64,000 nucleotides of DNA from Octopus sinensis (taxonomy: Eukaryota). The translations under genes and the position numbers were made by a program. Where the stretch lies: NCBI RefSeq assembly GCF_006345805.1, contig NC_043000.1, forward strand, positions 138,694,001 to 138,758,000. Direction: 5' to 3'. Below are positions 12,215 through 25,746 of this stretch, piece after piece; position 1 is the first letter of the stretch, and the number at the start of each line of letters is the position of its first letter. The notes below the pieces were generated by a model, which was given only the letters and a program-made list of their open reading frames with translations, made no database searches and had not been told where the DNA came from.

Positions 12215-14085
12215 GTATGTGCTTACTTCTGTAAATATTGCTCTTTCTGTAACAGTTTGTGAAGTCTTTCTCATCTTTAATAAAATAGTATATATGCACA
12301 AACATTGCATGTGCACACACATGTATATATGCTACATATATATGTATGTGTGTGGCAGTGTATGTATGCATCAGGCAATACATAAATCATTGATTGATTT
12401 AACAAAGCTCTATGCTTAAGCTGTTAAATGAACTGGCAAAAATACATGGATGCAAAACTTGCTTCTGGTAGAGAATATCCCATTATTTGTCCCTGTTTTT
12501 GTCTGAGATATCTACTAGTTTTGTATCATGAAAGAGTTTGGTAACAACAAAAAGTAGATGATGTTAGGAAATTTTTAGTTTTTAATTGATTTTGGTACCA
12601 AAGCACAGTCTTAAAGTTAGGGTGCTTGATCACTAACATTACTGTGACCATTTTTTAAATATTTTCTTTGACACCAGTTATTCTTTTTCCTTGATAAATC
12701 CCCTAATTTTGATTACTCTGTAAAATAGTCGATGTTAAGCAGTGTTTCAAGTTATAAAAATCGAACCAAAAAGTGAAAAATACAGGCAGAATATAGTCTG
12801 TCAATGCATCTCAGAGAGAAGTGGAATCAAATAAGAAGTGACTGAAACCATGACCACGACAACCTGACCACCTTATGTTTGCATGGAAAGTGAATGTAAA
12901 ATGATGATGATGAGGGTCTTTATGCTTCTCTTTAGAATGATTAACATGAGAAAGGACAGCTACCAAATATAAGGACAAAATTTTCTGAACTTATCATCTA
13001 ATCAAATGATACAGCAAAATAGCGGTACATGACATGTTTTTGGAAAACTTTCGTCGAAATAAAAAAAATCAGTCCTTCCCAAAATTAAGGGAACCCTTTT
13101 CATGTCAATCATTTTTCAAAATAAACAAAATTGCTTTCTCTGAAGATTATACATCACTCTGTGAGTGGGTATCAACAAAAGAGCAATTTCTAGTGTAGAA
13201 TAAAATTTCTCAAACTAATAGAATGACAAAAAAAAAAGAAGAAAAATGATAACGGAAGGGAAAAAACAAAAATAGCAGCAGGTGTATCTGAAAACTTTGG
13301 CAATTTCTTTCTACTGGTAATTAGATGGCAAGATTGTAACAGAAAGTAAACAATTGCAGAGGCTGTGAAGTAAATACAGAATTGATAGCAAAGACATTTT
13401 GTTTGATACTAATTACTATGAATTTCGGTTACTGCTCTGTGTTGACAGGAAACTGTAAATAGTAAAACATGCTGGACACACTTCTATATTAACAGTGACT
13501 TACACGAGACAATAGATGCAATGAAAGGCACACACACATATATATATATATATACATATAGGCATCCACACGCTGATTCAGAAAGAAAATAAAAACAAAA
13601 TGTGAAGCAAAAAAAAAGAAGAAAAAGCAGTCCTAAGATTTGTGTAAATAGAAAGGAGAAAACTGTCTGTGTGTGCTGATCACAATAATATAAGCTTGGA
13701 CAAGTTTTTGTAGAAACAGACTGATGTCTTCATTGCTACAAAACCATCATATCGCGTGACTTAGCAGGTCAGAGCAACACTAATATAATGGCTAATCAAA
13801 TTAAGAATACAAGTGAAAGAAGATGTACAAAAACATTCATATAATTCTAGCAAATTAAAAGGAAAAACACTGAGACATTTCTAAAACATCACTGTTCAAA
13901 TATAAAACTTGTGTAAAGACCAATTCTCTTTAAAAGAATATATTGTTCTAGCTTTAGGCTGAAATTGAAAGTATTCAGATATTAGCAGTTCTTTGAAGTG
14001 TTTGTAATAGTTCTAAATAATAAATGGGTGTTAAACAATACATTCCAAATAATACAATGTTTAATATTGGGATGCTTCCACTCAC

Positions 14086-14114
14086 CAAAATCTGTGGACA
14101 TTTTTATGAAGGAA
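14086..14114 (-). other. Candidate 29-nt microexon
   Basis: Acceptor ctgattctttccttcttag| and donor ttttg|gtgagt both match consensus well; no linked exon identified. Confidence 0.25.
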
Positions 14115-15761
14115 CTAAGAAGGAAAGAATCAGATAAGTTTGCATTGTTTTCTTATACAAAAGGATATAAAAAAAATTCTAAACTCTTAATATTTCAAAG
14201 ACTAAAGGTATTCTGTTAAAAATAACCTTAAACAACAAATATTACAAATATATAATATTCATCTGAAAGAACATCCATTCTCATGAACAATACAGATTGT
14301 ACCTTCAAAAAATATTCAAAACAGCTATTTAAAATTTCAGCTTAAGCAATGCTAAGTTTAGACATAATTTATAGCTTCTAACCTCATTAATATAATCGAG
14401 GACTTATTTCTATAAGGTAATGCCACAGACATAAACAAATAGGGAGGGATCAAATATTATATTCCTTTATATTTATGGATAATATTTAATACAGATGCAG
14501 TAGTATTGTTAGGCACCAGGTCATTGAGCTACAAACAAAGAGTTATGATATTTATAGAATACAATTCTACCAATAAAAAAAAACAAAAGTGAATATGATA
14601 GTACTTGTGTTTTAGATTATCATGTCGCTTCCACAATAAATTTTCTAGCTTAACACACAATATCCAACCAAGTTATTTGCCAAACAAGTACAAACTCTGT
14701 GGTTTTATAATCTACAGAAAACTGTTCTGTTGTCATATGTAAGGACACTATAGGTAATACACAGGAAAGAAAAAAGGTATAAAATCTACTGTAAATTAGA
14801 TTTCTATTTGACAGCCAAAACGTAGGAAATTCTTTTAGATTTTATGTTAAAACAAATGAAGATTTTTAAAGGATATTCTTGTATTAAAGCATTCTGCCAA
14901 ATTTCTATCAAATGTTCAATATCTTGTCATAATTTATACACCTCTTCAGTCTGACAGAAAATGGACTATTCTTTGAATTCTCTCAGGATATACTGAAGGG
15001 AAATAATATGAAGTACTTTACTGATGCATGCAGCACAACACTTGCACAGAATCAAGAGTTATTATTGTAAAGAGGTTCCAATATCATATACTAGTTTTAC
15101 ATCTTAAAGTGATAACATTTGAATGGCAGTATAAAATGAAAGCTGGAATCAGTAGTTTTATCCTCCATGGACACTAGGATAGAAAGTATATTTTTATTTC
15201 AGCAAAATAACAACATCCTATCATGACCAATTTAACTTAAACTAGTAAAAGATCTTTAAAATATTTTATACTTCTGTAAAATTTTTTAATTTTCTACCTA
15301 AAATAGCTGCAGTTACTTGGGGCAAAATTTTGAAATATTTAGAGAGAAATGAAATGCATGCATTTTGATAAATATGCACTGTGAACTAGTGAGATGAAAT
15401 ATTTCAAAAAATTCTACGAGTGAGTGGATATTGTGGAATAGATTATAGTATGTAATTGAAAAATTAGTATGGACACACATTGTAGGAATAGAGAATTTGC
15501 AATGGTAGATTTGAGTGGTCAAAAAAGGGATAGGAAAAAAGAAAAGGTATCATAAGACCAGATTATTTACTAAAGCATATAAGTGTATGTAAGACTCAAA
15601 GCCAGTAAGAGAGTTTCTACACAGACATTTAGCTGCAATAACATGTAGCTAAGTCTCCCATAAACCATACCCTACTATCTTGAAGAAAAGCTGAAGTTGG
15701 TACTTTACTCTTCTTTGATTTTGATAATACATAGATGTATGAAACATTTCCTTACTATCAT

Positions 15762-16173
15762 ACTCTTTACTCTTTTACTCTTTTGCTTGTTTCAGTCATT
15801 TGACTGCGGCCATGCTGGAGCACCACCTTTAATCGAGCAACTCGACCCCGGGACTTATTCTTTGTAAGCCCAGTACTTATTCCCTCGGTCTCTTTTGCCA
15901 AACCGCTAAGTAACGGGGACATAAACACACCAGCATCGGTTGTCAAGCAATGCTAGGGGGACAAACACAGATACACAAACACACACACATACATATATGT
16001 ACATATATACGACAGGCTTCTTTCAGTTTCCGTCTACCAAATCCACTCACAAGGCTTTGGTTGGCCCAAGGCTATAGTAGAAGACACTTGCCCAAGGTGC
16101 CACGCAGTGGGACCGAACCCGGAACCATCTCGCTGGTAAAGAAGCTACTTACCACACAGCCACTCCTGTGCCT
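15762..16173 (-). mobile_element. SINE family A, full length
   Basis: Head, core, microsatellite and tail all present. Confidence 0.9.
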
Positions 16174-16603
16174 ATATATATATATGTTTATCTTGGTCAC
16201 ATAAAAAAAAAACTGGTCTATTTAAAATGGTGTTATGTGTATAATCTCAATATACTTTATTATTAATATGCCTAGATGTTAGCAGAAGGTTAAATATTTA
16301 ATTACTGAATAAACTTTAGTTTTTAGATATCTAAAGTGATTTTGACAATCTCTTTCAGTATTTAGATAGTGTTTGTATAACGATTCTGCATTTCATGATG
16401 TGGATTTGTTAGGGATCTTCTGTGAGGGTGATCAATTTACTTACTGCTACTATGAAACCTATTTAAAAACACATTGGACTCTTAAACATTGCAGCAGCTT
16501 AGGGTAAGAGCAGATTTTGAGCCATACATTTAAAACACAGATTTAGCCATAAACACAGATTTAGCCATAAACAGAATGCTGAATGAATACTGCCTAATAG
16601 ATG

Positions 16604-16726
<123 letters not shown>

Positions 16727-17544
16727 GGTTAATCAGAGAAGGAGCATAGCCATCATTTATTTCTGACTCACAGAGTACTGTAGGTTAATGTCAGCAGCAA
16801 ATGTACAACCGAGAAGTGAATTCCAGTGAAGTTGCAATTATGAAAAAGAAATGGTTGGTTAACATCATTTGAACAGAGTCTAGGAGAATGAAACAATGAT
16901 GGTAGCAAGAGAAATGTAGGTATCTGGTAAGACAAGGTGGTCAGGTTAGGAAGCTATCTAATTCTGAAAACCAAAATTAATTTAAAAGAAATAGAAGAGA
17001 CACAAAAAAATAACAAATATATGTATGAAACAATGGCTGAAACATTTTGATGAGTGAGATTTTATGGTCTAGAATGCTTGTGTATTTTATGACATTATAA
17101 TTCGAGATATATAGAAATATTTGAATGATTGCTTGTAGAGAGTCGGCACCTGTTCAAGCTTGAAGTATTTTCTGGACTTAAGGATGAAAATTTTATTCTT
17201 ATTTCATAAGAATAAATCACTGAGATAATCTAAGATTGAAAGGCAAAAGTATTAGGAATGCCTATTGCAAACTTCATTTTGTTCTTTTACTGGGATTTTA
17301 ACTTTGTTCATGACCAAAAACAAGAAATAGCATTGAAAAATTATATTACTGAAGTGAAATATTTCCCAGCAGCACTTAGTATTATTAATATTGTTAGCAC
17401 TTAGGTGCAGGTATGGCTGTGTGGTTAAGAAGTTCACTTTACAAACACATAATTTCAGAATCAGTCCCACCAGGTGACATATTGGGCAAAAATCTTTCTG
17501 CTCTTGTTTAGAATTTGTGTGTGTGTGTGTGTACATATACATAC

Positions 17545-17836
17545 ACACACACATACCTCCTTCTCCTGCACTCTCCTGTCTTTGAAAGAGCTTTTTCGTC
17601 ACCCATTCCCTTCCTGTCAGTCGATATGTGATGCGTGTGTATCGTTCGTGATTTTTTTTACTCTGTCTTCCCTTCCTTGGATCTTTCCTTTTTCTATGTT
17701 TCTGACAAAGAGCTCCGCTCAAAACGTTAAATCCTCCTTCTTTCTTTCCTTTCCTGAGCGTCCAATAACACTATACTTGTTCCCCGTCCTCGTGTTGTTG
17801 TGTTTTCTCTTTGTGTTTTCATGTTTGGATTAACTT
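17545..17836 (+). mobile_element. Penelope-like repeat with decayed minimal hammerhead at 17699-17731
   Basis: Reads ttt-CTGACAA-a-gagc-tcc-gctc-aaaa-cg-tt-aaa; second copy of the 11.8 kb family. Confidence 0.55.
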
Positions 17837-17929
17837 TACATACATTCATACAGACATAGTATCACTCAGGCAGCACCTGCTAAACACCAACAGCAAAAAT
17901 AAATATATAAATGCAGTACTGAAAAGTGA

Positions 17930-19200
17930 AGTGAGCAACATTGTATGAGTTGGCAGTGAGCTCCTCAAGAAGCACTCTCTTCATGATGATCTCCTATACA
18001 CCTACAAAACAGCTGGGCTCTCTTACCTCAGAGAAGATCTGGATGGAAAGTACTCAACATACAAAAAAAAAAAAAGGCTATGCATATGTATATTTTCCAG
18101 AAGCTTGAAGAAGAAAGCAGAATTGACATGAAGCTCAGCCACTCTTAGACACAAAACCACTACATCATATCAGACTTTGAGGGCTATGTGACTGCAATCC
18201 AGGAACAGGAAATTTCCATAAACCACCTGGTGAAAAATAAGAGAGAGTGACACTCTTGTAATCCCAAGGTGTAACTGCATGTGTAGGCTATGTCATGTTT
18301 CTGTGGAAGACATCATGCATGTGATTAGCAGCTGTCCTTAAATGTCGTCATGGTACTACCTCCCTATGTGGTACAATGTTGTTAAAACAATGTACAAAGC
18401 CATCCGCAAAAAAAAAAAAAAAAAAACTGACGTGAAATTAACTTAGAAAATGCCTCTCTTATGGAATACATTCATAAACACCAACTTAAGGAATACTGGT
18501 GGAATATTCCCATCAAAACTTCATTGAAATGTAAATATAAGGCACAGGAGTGGCTGTGTGGTAAGTAGCTTGCTTACCAACCACATGGTTCCGGGTTCAT
18601 TCCCACTGTGTGGCACCTTGGGCAAGTGTCTTCTACTATAGCCTCGGGCCGACCAAAGCCTTGTGAGTGGATTTGGTAGATGGAAACTGGAAGAAGCCCG
18701 TCGTATATATGTATATATATATATGTGTATGTATGTATATGTATGTGTGTCTGTGTTTGTACCCCCACCATTGCTTGACAACCGATGGTGGTGTGTTTAC
18801 GTCCCATAACTTAGCGGTTAAGCAAAAGAGACTGATAGAATAAAAACTAGGCTTACAAAGAATAAGTCCTGGGGTCGAGTTACTCGACTAGAAGGCGGTG
18901 CTCCAGCATGGCCGCAGTCAAATGACTGAAACAAGTAAAAGAGTAAAGAGTATAACAGACTGAATATTGTTGTTTTGGACTGAATATTGTTGTTTTTCTA
19001 TTTCCAGACTATCAATTCATATACATATCAATAATAATTGGAGCACTAGGCTTTGTTAGTAAATGTTTAAAGGAGAATCTGGATGAACTGGGATTTCCAG
19101 AAAAAGAAATTGACTGGCTAATCTGTACTTTACAAGTTCAATCTGTGAGTGGGATAGTAAAAATATGCAAGACTTCATTTTCAAGTTCCAAATGTGAATG
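17930..19200 (+). mobile_element. Degenerate R4/Dong-like (RLE-type) non-LTR retrotransposon C-terminal fragment, split by a SINE
   Basis: Reads FEGYVTAIQEQEI...CRLCHVSVEDIMHVISSC (CCHC knuckle)...EYWWNIPIKTSLKCKY, then after the SINE IIGALGFVSKCLKENLDELGF...QVQSVSGIVKICK. Confidence 0.75.
18540..18950 (+). mobile_element. SINE family A, full length
   Basis: Head, core and tail present. Confidence 0.9.
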
Positions 19201-19585
19201 TGTCTGTGTTAACTACATCCCAAAGATGGAGCCTTGTATCTTTGTTGGAAACCAGCTCCCTCCTCAATGGAAGATTTATAACAATTAAAATATACAAGTG
19301 ACATACATACATAAGTACATATGTGATAAGTTGTTTCTGGAACCTGAATACTATGTGGTAACACTGTCATTGAAAAGTATTTCCTTCAACGAAATATACA
19401 CTACTTTTAAGTTCATTCATGTGGCTATGAATTGCTTTAATACTTCTACAATATTTAAATCAATAACTGATTAAACAATTATCATTTAGCTGTAAGGATC
19501 AATAACCTATCAGTTATAAAAGGTTAATTCTGCCTTTTCTAGTTATAACTTCAGTAAATATAATTTCTAAAATAACTTTTTTCCC

Positions 19586-19617
<32 letters not shown>

Positions 19618-19632
19618 TTATTTGTATGTATA

Positions 19633-19680
<48 letters not shown>

Positions 19681-19788
19681 TTATTTGTATGTATATATAT
19701 GTGTGTGTGTATATATATATATATATATTATTTATTTGTATGTATATATATGTATATATATATATATTATTTGTATGTATATATATGT

Positions 19789-19819
<31 letters not shown>

Positions 19820-19881
19820 GTATATATACATATATATACATACAAATAAATAAATATATATATATATATATATACAAACAA

Positions 19882-19914
<33 letters not shown>

Positions 19915-19940
19915 ATATATTTTATTTGTATGTATATATA

Positions 19941-19984
<44 letters not shown>

Positions 19985-20053
19985 TGTATATATATATATA
20001 TTATTTATTTATTTGTATGTATATATATGTATATATATATATATATATGTATA

Positions 20054-20101
<48 letters not shown>
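19586..20101. repeat. Complex (TA)-rich VNTR, unit about 55-65 bp with tatttatttgtatg marker, containing an inverted segment
   Basis: Marker repeated about 6 times on +; reverse-complement marker at about 19829-19885. Confidence 0.9.
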
Positions 20102-20105
<4 letters not shown>

Positions 20106-20548
20106 ATAAATTAAATAGGAAGATTCAATTGACAATCTAACAATTTATTTATATTATAATATAACATAATATACTATGAATATAAAATAATATAACATCA
20201 AAAATTATTAAAATACCAAAAAGACAACAATTTTTTTTTGATGGACATACATTATTTGATTTATAAACAATTCATATCCATGTATATAAGTCTCTTCAGG
20301 GTTTTGGTTCAAAAGACTGACGAAATTCCCTGTGAAAAGACAGCTAGATTGCAAACAATTTGATTCAAATACCTATGTTCAGAGGCATGAGTGTTAACTT
20401 TTAATTTGTATTATGCCCCTATTTCTGTGGTATTCAACTGACGTACCAGTGAATTAGATGTTTTACACACCTCTTTAAAGGAATTTCTTTCCTTAATTTG
20501 TTACTTTAATATTTGTAGATATATATGTGTTTGTGTGTGTATGTGTGC

Positions 20549-20597
<49 letters not shown>

Positions 20598-20605
20598 GTA
20601 TATAT

Positions 20606-20993
20606 ACTCTTTTCTTTTACTTGTTTCAGTCATTTGACTGTGGCCATGCTGGAGCACCGCCTTTAGACGAGCAAATCGACCCCGGGACTTATTCTTTGTA
20701 GGCCCAGTACTTATTGTATCGGTCTCTTTTGCCGTAAACACACCAGCATCGGTTGTCAAGCAATGCTAGGGGGACAATCACAGACACACAAGCACACACA
20801 CACATACATATATATATATATACATATATACGACAGGCTTCTTTCAGTTTCCGTCTACCAAATCCACTCACAAGGCATTGGTCGGCCCGGGGCTATAGCA
20901 GAAGACACTTGCCCAAGATGCCACGCAATGGGACTGAACCCGGAACCATGTGGTTGGTAAGCAAGCTACTTACCACACAGCCACTCCTGCGCC

Positions 20994-20994
<1 letters not shown>
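20606..20994 (-). mobile_element. SINE family A with small internal deletion
   Basis: Head to tail present; lacks the aaccgctaagtgacggggac segment. Confidence 0.9.
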
Positions 20995-21019
<25 letters not shown>

Positions 21020-21024
<5 letters not shown>

Positions 21025-21212
21025 AATCTAAAAAAGAAGAACAAGCACAAAAAACACAACACAAGTATGTGGTACATGTAAAATATTAGCGGATGCTCAG
21101 GGAAGGAAAGAAAGATGGTTTAACATTTCGAGCAGATGCTCTTCTTTGGAAACAGGAAAGTCCAATAGAAGGGAAGATGGAGGAAGAAAATCACTAATGA
21201 TTCACATCTGGT
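21020..21212 (-). mobile_element. Diverged Penelope-like repeat fragment
   Basis: Minus strand retains gagc-atct-gctc-gaaa-tg-tt-aaa; homologous to the 11.8/17.6 kb family. Confidence 0.5.
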
Positions 21213-21699
21213 TTGCTACATTAATCTGCTTATTTTATGTTACTACTGTTTAACTCCAACAGAGCCTCTGCCAGCTGGTTATCAGTGCAATCTGCACCTG
21301 GTATATATTGCCAGCAGGGGAGTAAACCCCTACTATCTTCTAGCAAATGATGGCATCACCAGACCGAATGGTTTTGGGTTATTAGAACCCATCTTTAATG
21401 GTGAACACCCAATCACTAGAGATGGCAGGAATTCACTTCAGCTTGCACTATTTAGAAAACTAAGTGACAATCAGTCGCTGTACGTGCAACAAACAAGGTA
21501 GTTAGTTAGAAAATAAGATATGAAAGTAACCATATCAAAGTTGTTCCAACAACTTCTAGTTTATTAATCAATTTTTATATCTGGCTAATCTGTTTACATT
21601 GCATCTCTCTTGGACCCTAAAAGAGGACTTATGGCTATTTAGCCTGGTTTTGTAGGAGCTCACTATTGCTCTAACATAGTACTTTGCATGCATCCCTTC

Positions 21700-22244
21700 A
21701 CATGATGCCTCCATCCATCTTCCCCACACAGCTTCACACTCAGCATGGAGGCCTACATCAAGTGCCTGGAGGAAGCAGTGCTGCCCTGGGTCAAAAGGGT
21801 GGCTGCTGAAAAACCGTATCCCCGACAACAGGATTCTGCATCATGCCACACAAGCAGGAAAACCCAGTCATGACTGTCAGACAATTTCTGCAACCACATC
21901 ATACCTAACATATGGCCACCTAACGCCTCAAACTGCAATGCCCTTCATTAAGTATCGGGCACAGTTGAGTGAAAGACCAACAAAACTCCTCTTAACACCA
22001 AAGATGAACTGAAAGCAAGGATTATGGCAGCACTCACAAGCTTAAACGAGGAGACCATCCAGAAGAGTTGCAGGAGATTCCGAAGTTGTTTGGAGGCCAT
22101 GGTGGAAGCCAATGGCAATTTTATTGAATAAATTTATTATTTAGTATTTCAAGATACTTTCATGTAATTTTGCTAAATACACCTATTAAAATGAGATGTC
22201 AGTGTCATTTCCATAATTTAGACAATAGTTTATTCATCGTACCC

Positions 22245-22246
<2 letters not shown>
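21700..22246 (+). mobile_element. maT/DD37D-type (Tc1/mariner superfamily) transposase relic with 3' TIR
   Basis: Reads EAYIKCLEEAVLPWVKRVAA...QQDSASCHTSRKTQS*LSDNF...IWPPN...DELKARIMAA...FRSCLEAMVEANGNFIE* (stop 22131); ends in ...tcatcgtaccctg. Confidence 0.85.
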
Positions 22247-22293
<47 letters not shown>

Positions 22294-22741
22294 ATAGTAA
22301 ATAAAGTAATAAAAATAAATTATTATTACCAGTGACTGGTAATAATAATTTATTTTTATTACCCTATTTACTATGTTTAAATATTGCTCGATAAATTTGC
22401 TCGTAAATTTTTTACCGGCATCCTCTCTGTCACCGGGTATGATTTGCGTCTGCGCACTGGTATGAAAAGTTAGGCTATACAGATCGTTAGATTTGCACAT
22501 GCTTCTAACGTACTTCTAACGTAATCTTGGATTACAAAGGCTTCCTGCTGATGATTCTGGCCTTGGCAGATAAATTCTATTCATTTGCTAAAAAAAAGAT
22601 GAAACCGCGGTACAGGATTAGCTGAGTTGGTAAACGTTTTTGATTTTCATTCCATTTCATGAATTTATCCCCTTTTTGTGTATCTAGCACTCGCTTCTTT
22701 ATTTGGAAGCCCTTTAATGTATACATATAAATATATATATA

Positions 22742-22852
22742 AAGTTAATCCAAACATGAAAGCACAAAAAAACACAACAACGCGAGGACGTGGAACAAAT
22801 ATAGTATTATTGGATGCTTAGGAAAGAAGGAAAGAAGGAGGGTTTAACGTTT
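22742..22852 (-). mobile_element. Penelope-like repeat fragment truncated inside the hammerhead motif
   Basis: Minus strand begins aaacgttaaaccctccttc directly after (TA)n. Confidence 0.55.
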
Positions 22853-23882
22853 ATATATATATATGTATATATATATATGCACAGCAAAATTTAGATTCAA
22901 ATGAATATGGTACTTAAGTTAGTACCATATTCTTTGTCTATATATCTACCTTCTCTATAATGTTATCACTCAATATGAAAATTATGTATTAATGGAAAAC
23001 CTCTATTAATGGCTGATGAGTGCATTTTAAAACTGTTGTAATACTTACAATATTTAATAAAATGATGTAGTGCGAAATGCTCGTACCAAATTACCGAAGT
23101 TATTCTTGTTGCTTATTTTGATTATATATATATGTGTATATATATGTATATATATATATATATATATATGGGGTACAGTCTCTGAAAATTTGACAATGGG
23201 ATTTGCTTATAAATTTTTTCTTATATATGTGCAACTTCTTGTTGTTACTGAAAAAGTGTAGGAGGATGTAACTAAATCATTTATGAACAAACTTTATTTT
23301 TGTTTTTTTTGTTTGCTTTCCCTATATGCTCACTATGATCTACTTAGCTATGAATACATTAGGAGAAACTTTAAATATATGAGCCCTCATTATGACTTTC
23401 TCTTTAGATATCGTTATCATCATGATGATCATCATCATTGTTTAACATCCATTTCCCATGCTGGCATGGAACACAATATGAATAAATATAAGCTTCTAAC
23501 TGCTGGATATTTGTCATACAATTTTAATTTAAATCACACTGCATGATTTTATATATCCATATGTTTGTGTTTGTGCACAGGAATTTAGTGTGTACATCTG
23601 TGTCTACTTAATTGATATTGCTTGATATTTGTAAATGAGTATCACCATCATACAACCAGTGTTCACCTTCTGTGAAAACAACAAAGCATGAGGAAATATT
23701 TATATGCTTGGAAACATGTGAGGACTAGAACACAGCATGGGCAACTAGATATAGAAAATCTATCCTAACGAATTCCATTTGGCCCAAGCTTGATTATATT
23801 AATGTTGATGTTGATACATTTATTGAAATACATTCATAAAAGGATATTAGCTGACACCAAATTCACCAACAGAAATATTTGT

Positions 23883-24069
23883 AAGGTGGTGAGCTGTCAG
23901 AAACGTTAGCATGTTCAAATTCCACCGAGGTCAACTTTGCCTTTCATCCTTTCGAGGTCGATAAATTAAGTACCAGTTACACACTGGGGTTGATGTAATC
24001 GACTTAATCCCTTTGTCTGTCCTTGTTTGTCCACTCTACGTTTAACCCCTTGTGGGTAATAAAGAAATA
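23883..24069 (+). mobile_element. SINE family B with deletion in the head
   Basis: 12-bp TSD agaaatatttgt at 23871-23882 and 24070-24081. Confidence 0.9.
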
Positions 24070-25746
24070 AGAAATATTTGTTGAAAAACATATATTGAAA
24101 CTTATTGTGAAATAATTTTCAAAGCAACTTATTTTAATTTAAAAATGATAATAAAAAATTACATTTTAAAGGAAATATTTTTCATTATTTTGAGTAATCT
24201 TGTATACAGTTGTGTGTGTTTATTATGCATTCATGTCCAACTTATTAAATATTTGAATGTTCTAACTTCTTTAGTAATAATAATACCTATAATTGCTCAT
24301 AACAACCATAATGATTTCCAACAGAGACACACAATTGCAATCACTGTGAGTAGGTTATAGTCAATTAGACATACCCAATAATTATTGGTACTTATTGTAC
24401 TGTCCTATAAAACGTGATAGGTAGAGTTGACTATGGCTGAATTTGATTGTAAATGCTAAAGGAATAAAACAGGGTGCCGCAAGTTATTTTGATCTGTGCT
24501 CATTGGATACATTGTTATGCCACTTATCACCCCAATAATGATTATTCTTACATAGGCACAAGATCAGAATGATTCAATGGACCCTAGTATTTGGCTAGTA
24601 CTCAAATAGACGGGTTCTTTACTGATTATGTGTCTGGAAAATTTGTCTCAAGAACACTAATGATTCTGCAATATGAATGGTTAGATTTTATCACAAAATA
24701 TTTTCTTAAATCTGATGCCAAACTGGGTAGATTATGTGTAATCTATTAGCACTAACTCGCATATTAACAACTTTTAAATGTTAGAAGTCTAAAATATTCC
24801 AGGCATTAATTCAATTATCAATAAATTTTTGCATTGTTTTATATATACACACAGACAGACACACATACAAAAACACTGTAACTAGGTATAAAATCTTGCA
24901 CCCTCTCTGTCATATCACCATCTTTCTTCTCTCTCTCTTTTCTCTGTCTGAGTAAGTCATGTTTCTCTTCTAATGCAAGACACCTTTCTATGCCGTGATA
25001 CTCCTCCCCACAGTTGAGGGATTTTGTCTTGCAAGTTACCTAGTGACCACACTGCTGCATAAAAAAACACCCAGTACAATCTGTAAATTGGTTGAAATTA
25101 GGAACAGAATCCAGCCAGAGAAACCATGCCAAAATATACAGCAGAGCTTGATGCAGTCTTCTGATTTGCCACTCTCTGTCAAACTTGATCACCAACAGTG
25201 CCTCCTTTCACAATACTGACCCGTGTCACCCTTCACTTTTCCCTCCGATACATACACCGTTTCTATTACTATTCATCTCCTCCTCCCTCTCCCCACCTTA
25301 TATTTCTAATTGATTCTTGCTCTTCCTTTAACTCTCTACCCTTCCTCCCGAAGCTACTTACATCCTCCATCTCCCTGCCCTTTACTCCTCTCTTCCTCTT
25401 TTTCCATTCAACCTTTAAATCTCTTACACTATGATGTAAACTGCTATTTGCCAATTTTCTTCCTGACATACGAAGTTGGTATTATGATAATGTCTCTATG
25501 TGACCATCAACTGGTTACACACATTCTATTTACTAATTAAAAAATGACAGCTATTGCATAATTCACAGTCGTTGAATTACAAAACATTTTATTCTTCACA
25601 TAATTTCCAGTATATTTTATACACCTATTAAAAACATATTTGTCAGTATATATATATAAATATCTATATGCTTGTATATATGTGTTTATCTTCTTAATGT
25701 ACATAGTTTTTGTAATTAAATATATCCCTATATATCTCTATATGTA

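Noticed and set aside
15950-16204. Recurrent ORFs such as MLGGQTQTH...RQASFSFRLPNPLTR... (also at 20753, 29413, 37174 and 56798)
   Set aside because: They are antisense readings of SINE family A copies.
16530-16575. Short tandem duplications (also 6001-6045, 18958-18997 and 37178-37200)
   Set aside because: Ordinary replication-slippage products with no further structure.
19514-20140. IY/YI-rich ORFs (also at 44763-45165, 59138-59383 and others)
   Set aside because: They are (TA)n microsatellite translations.
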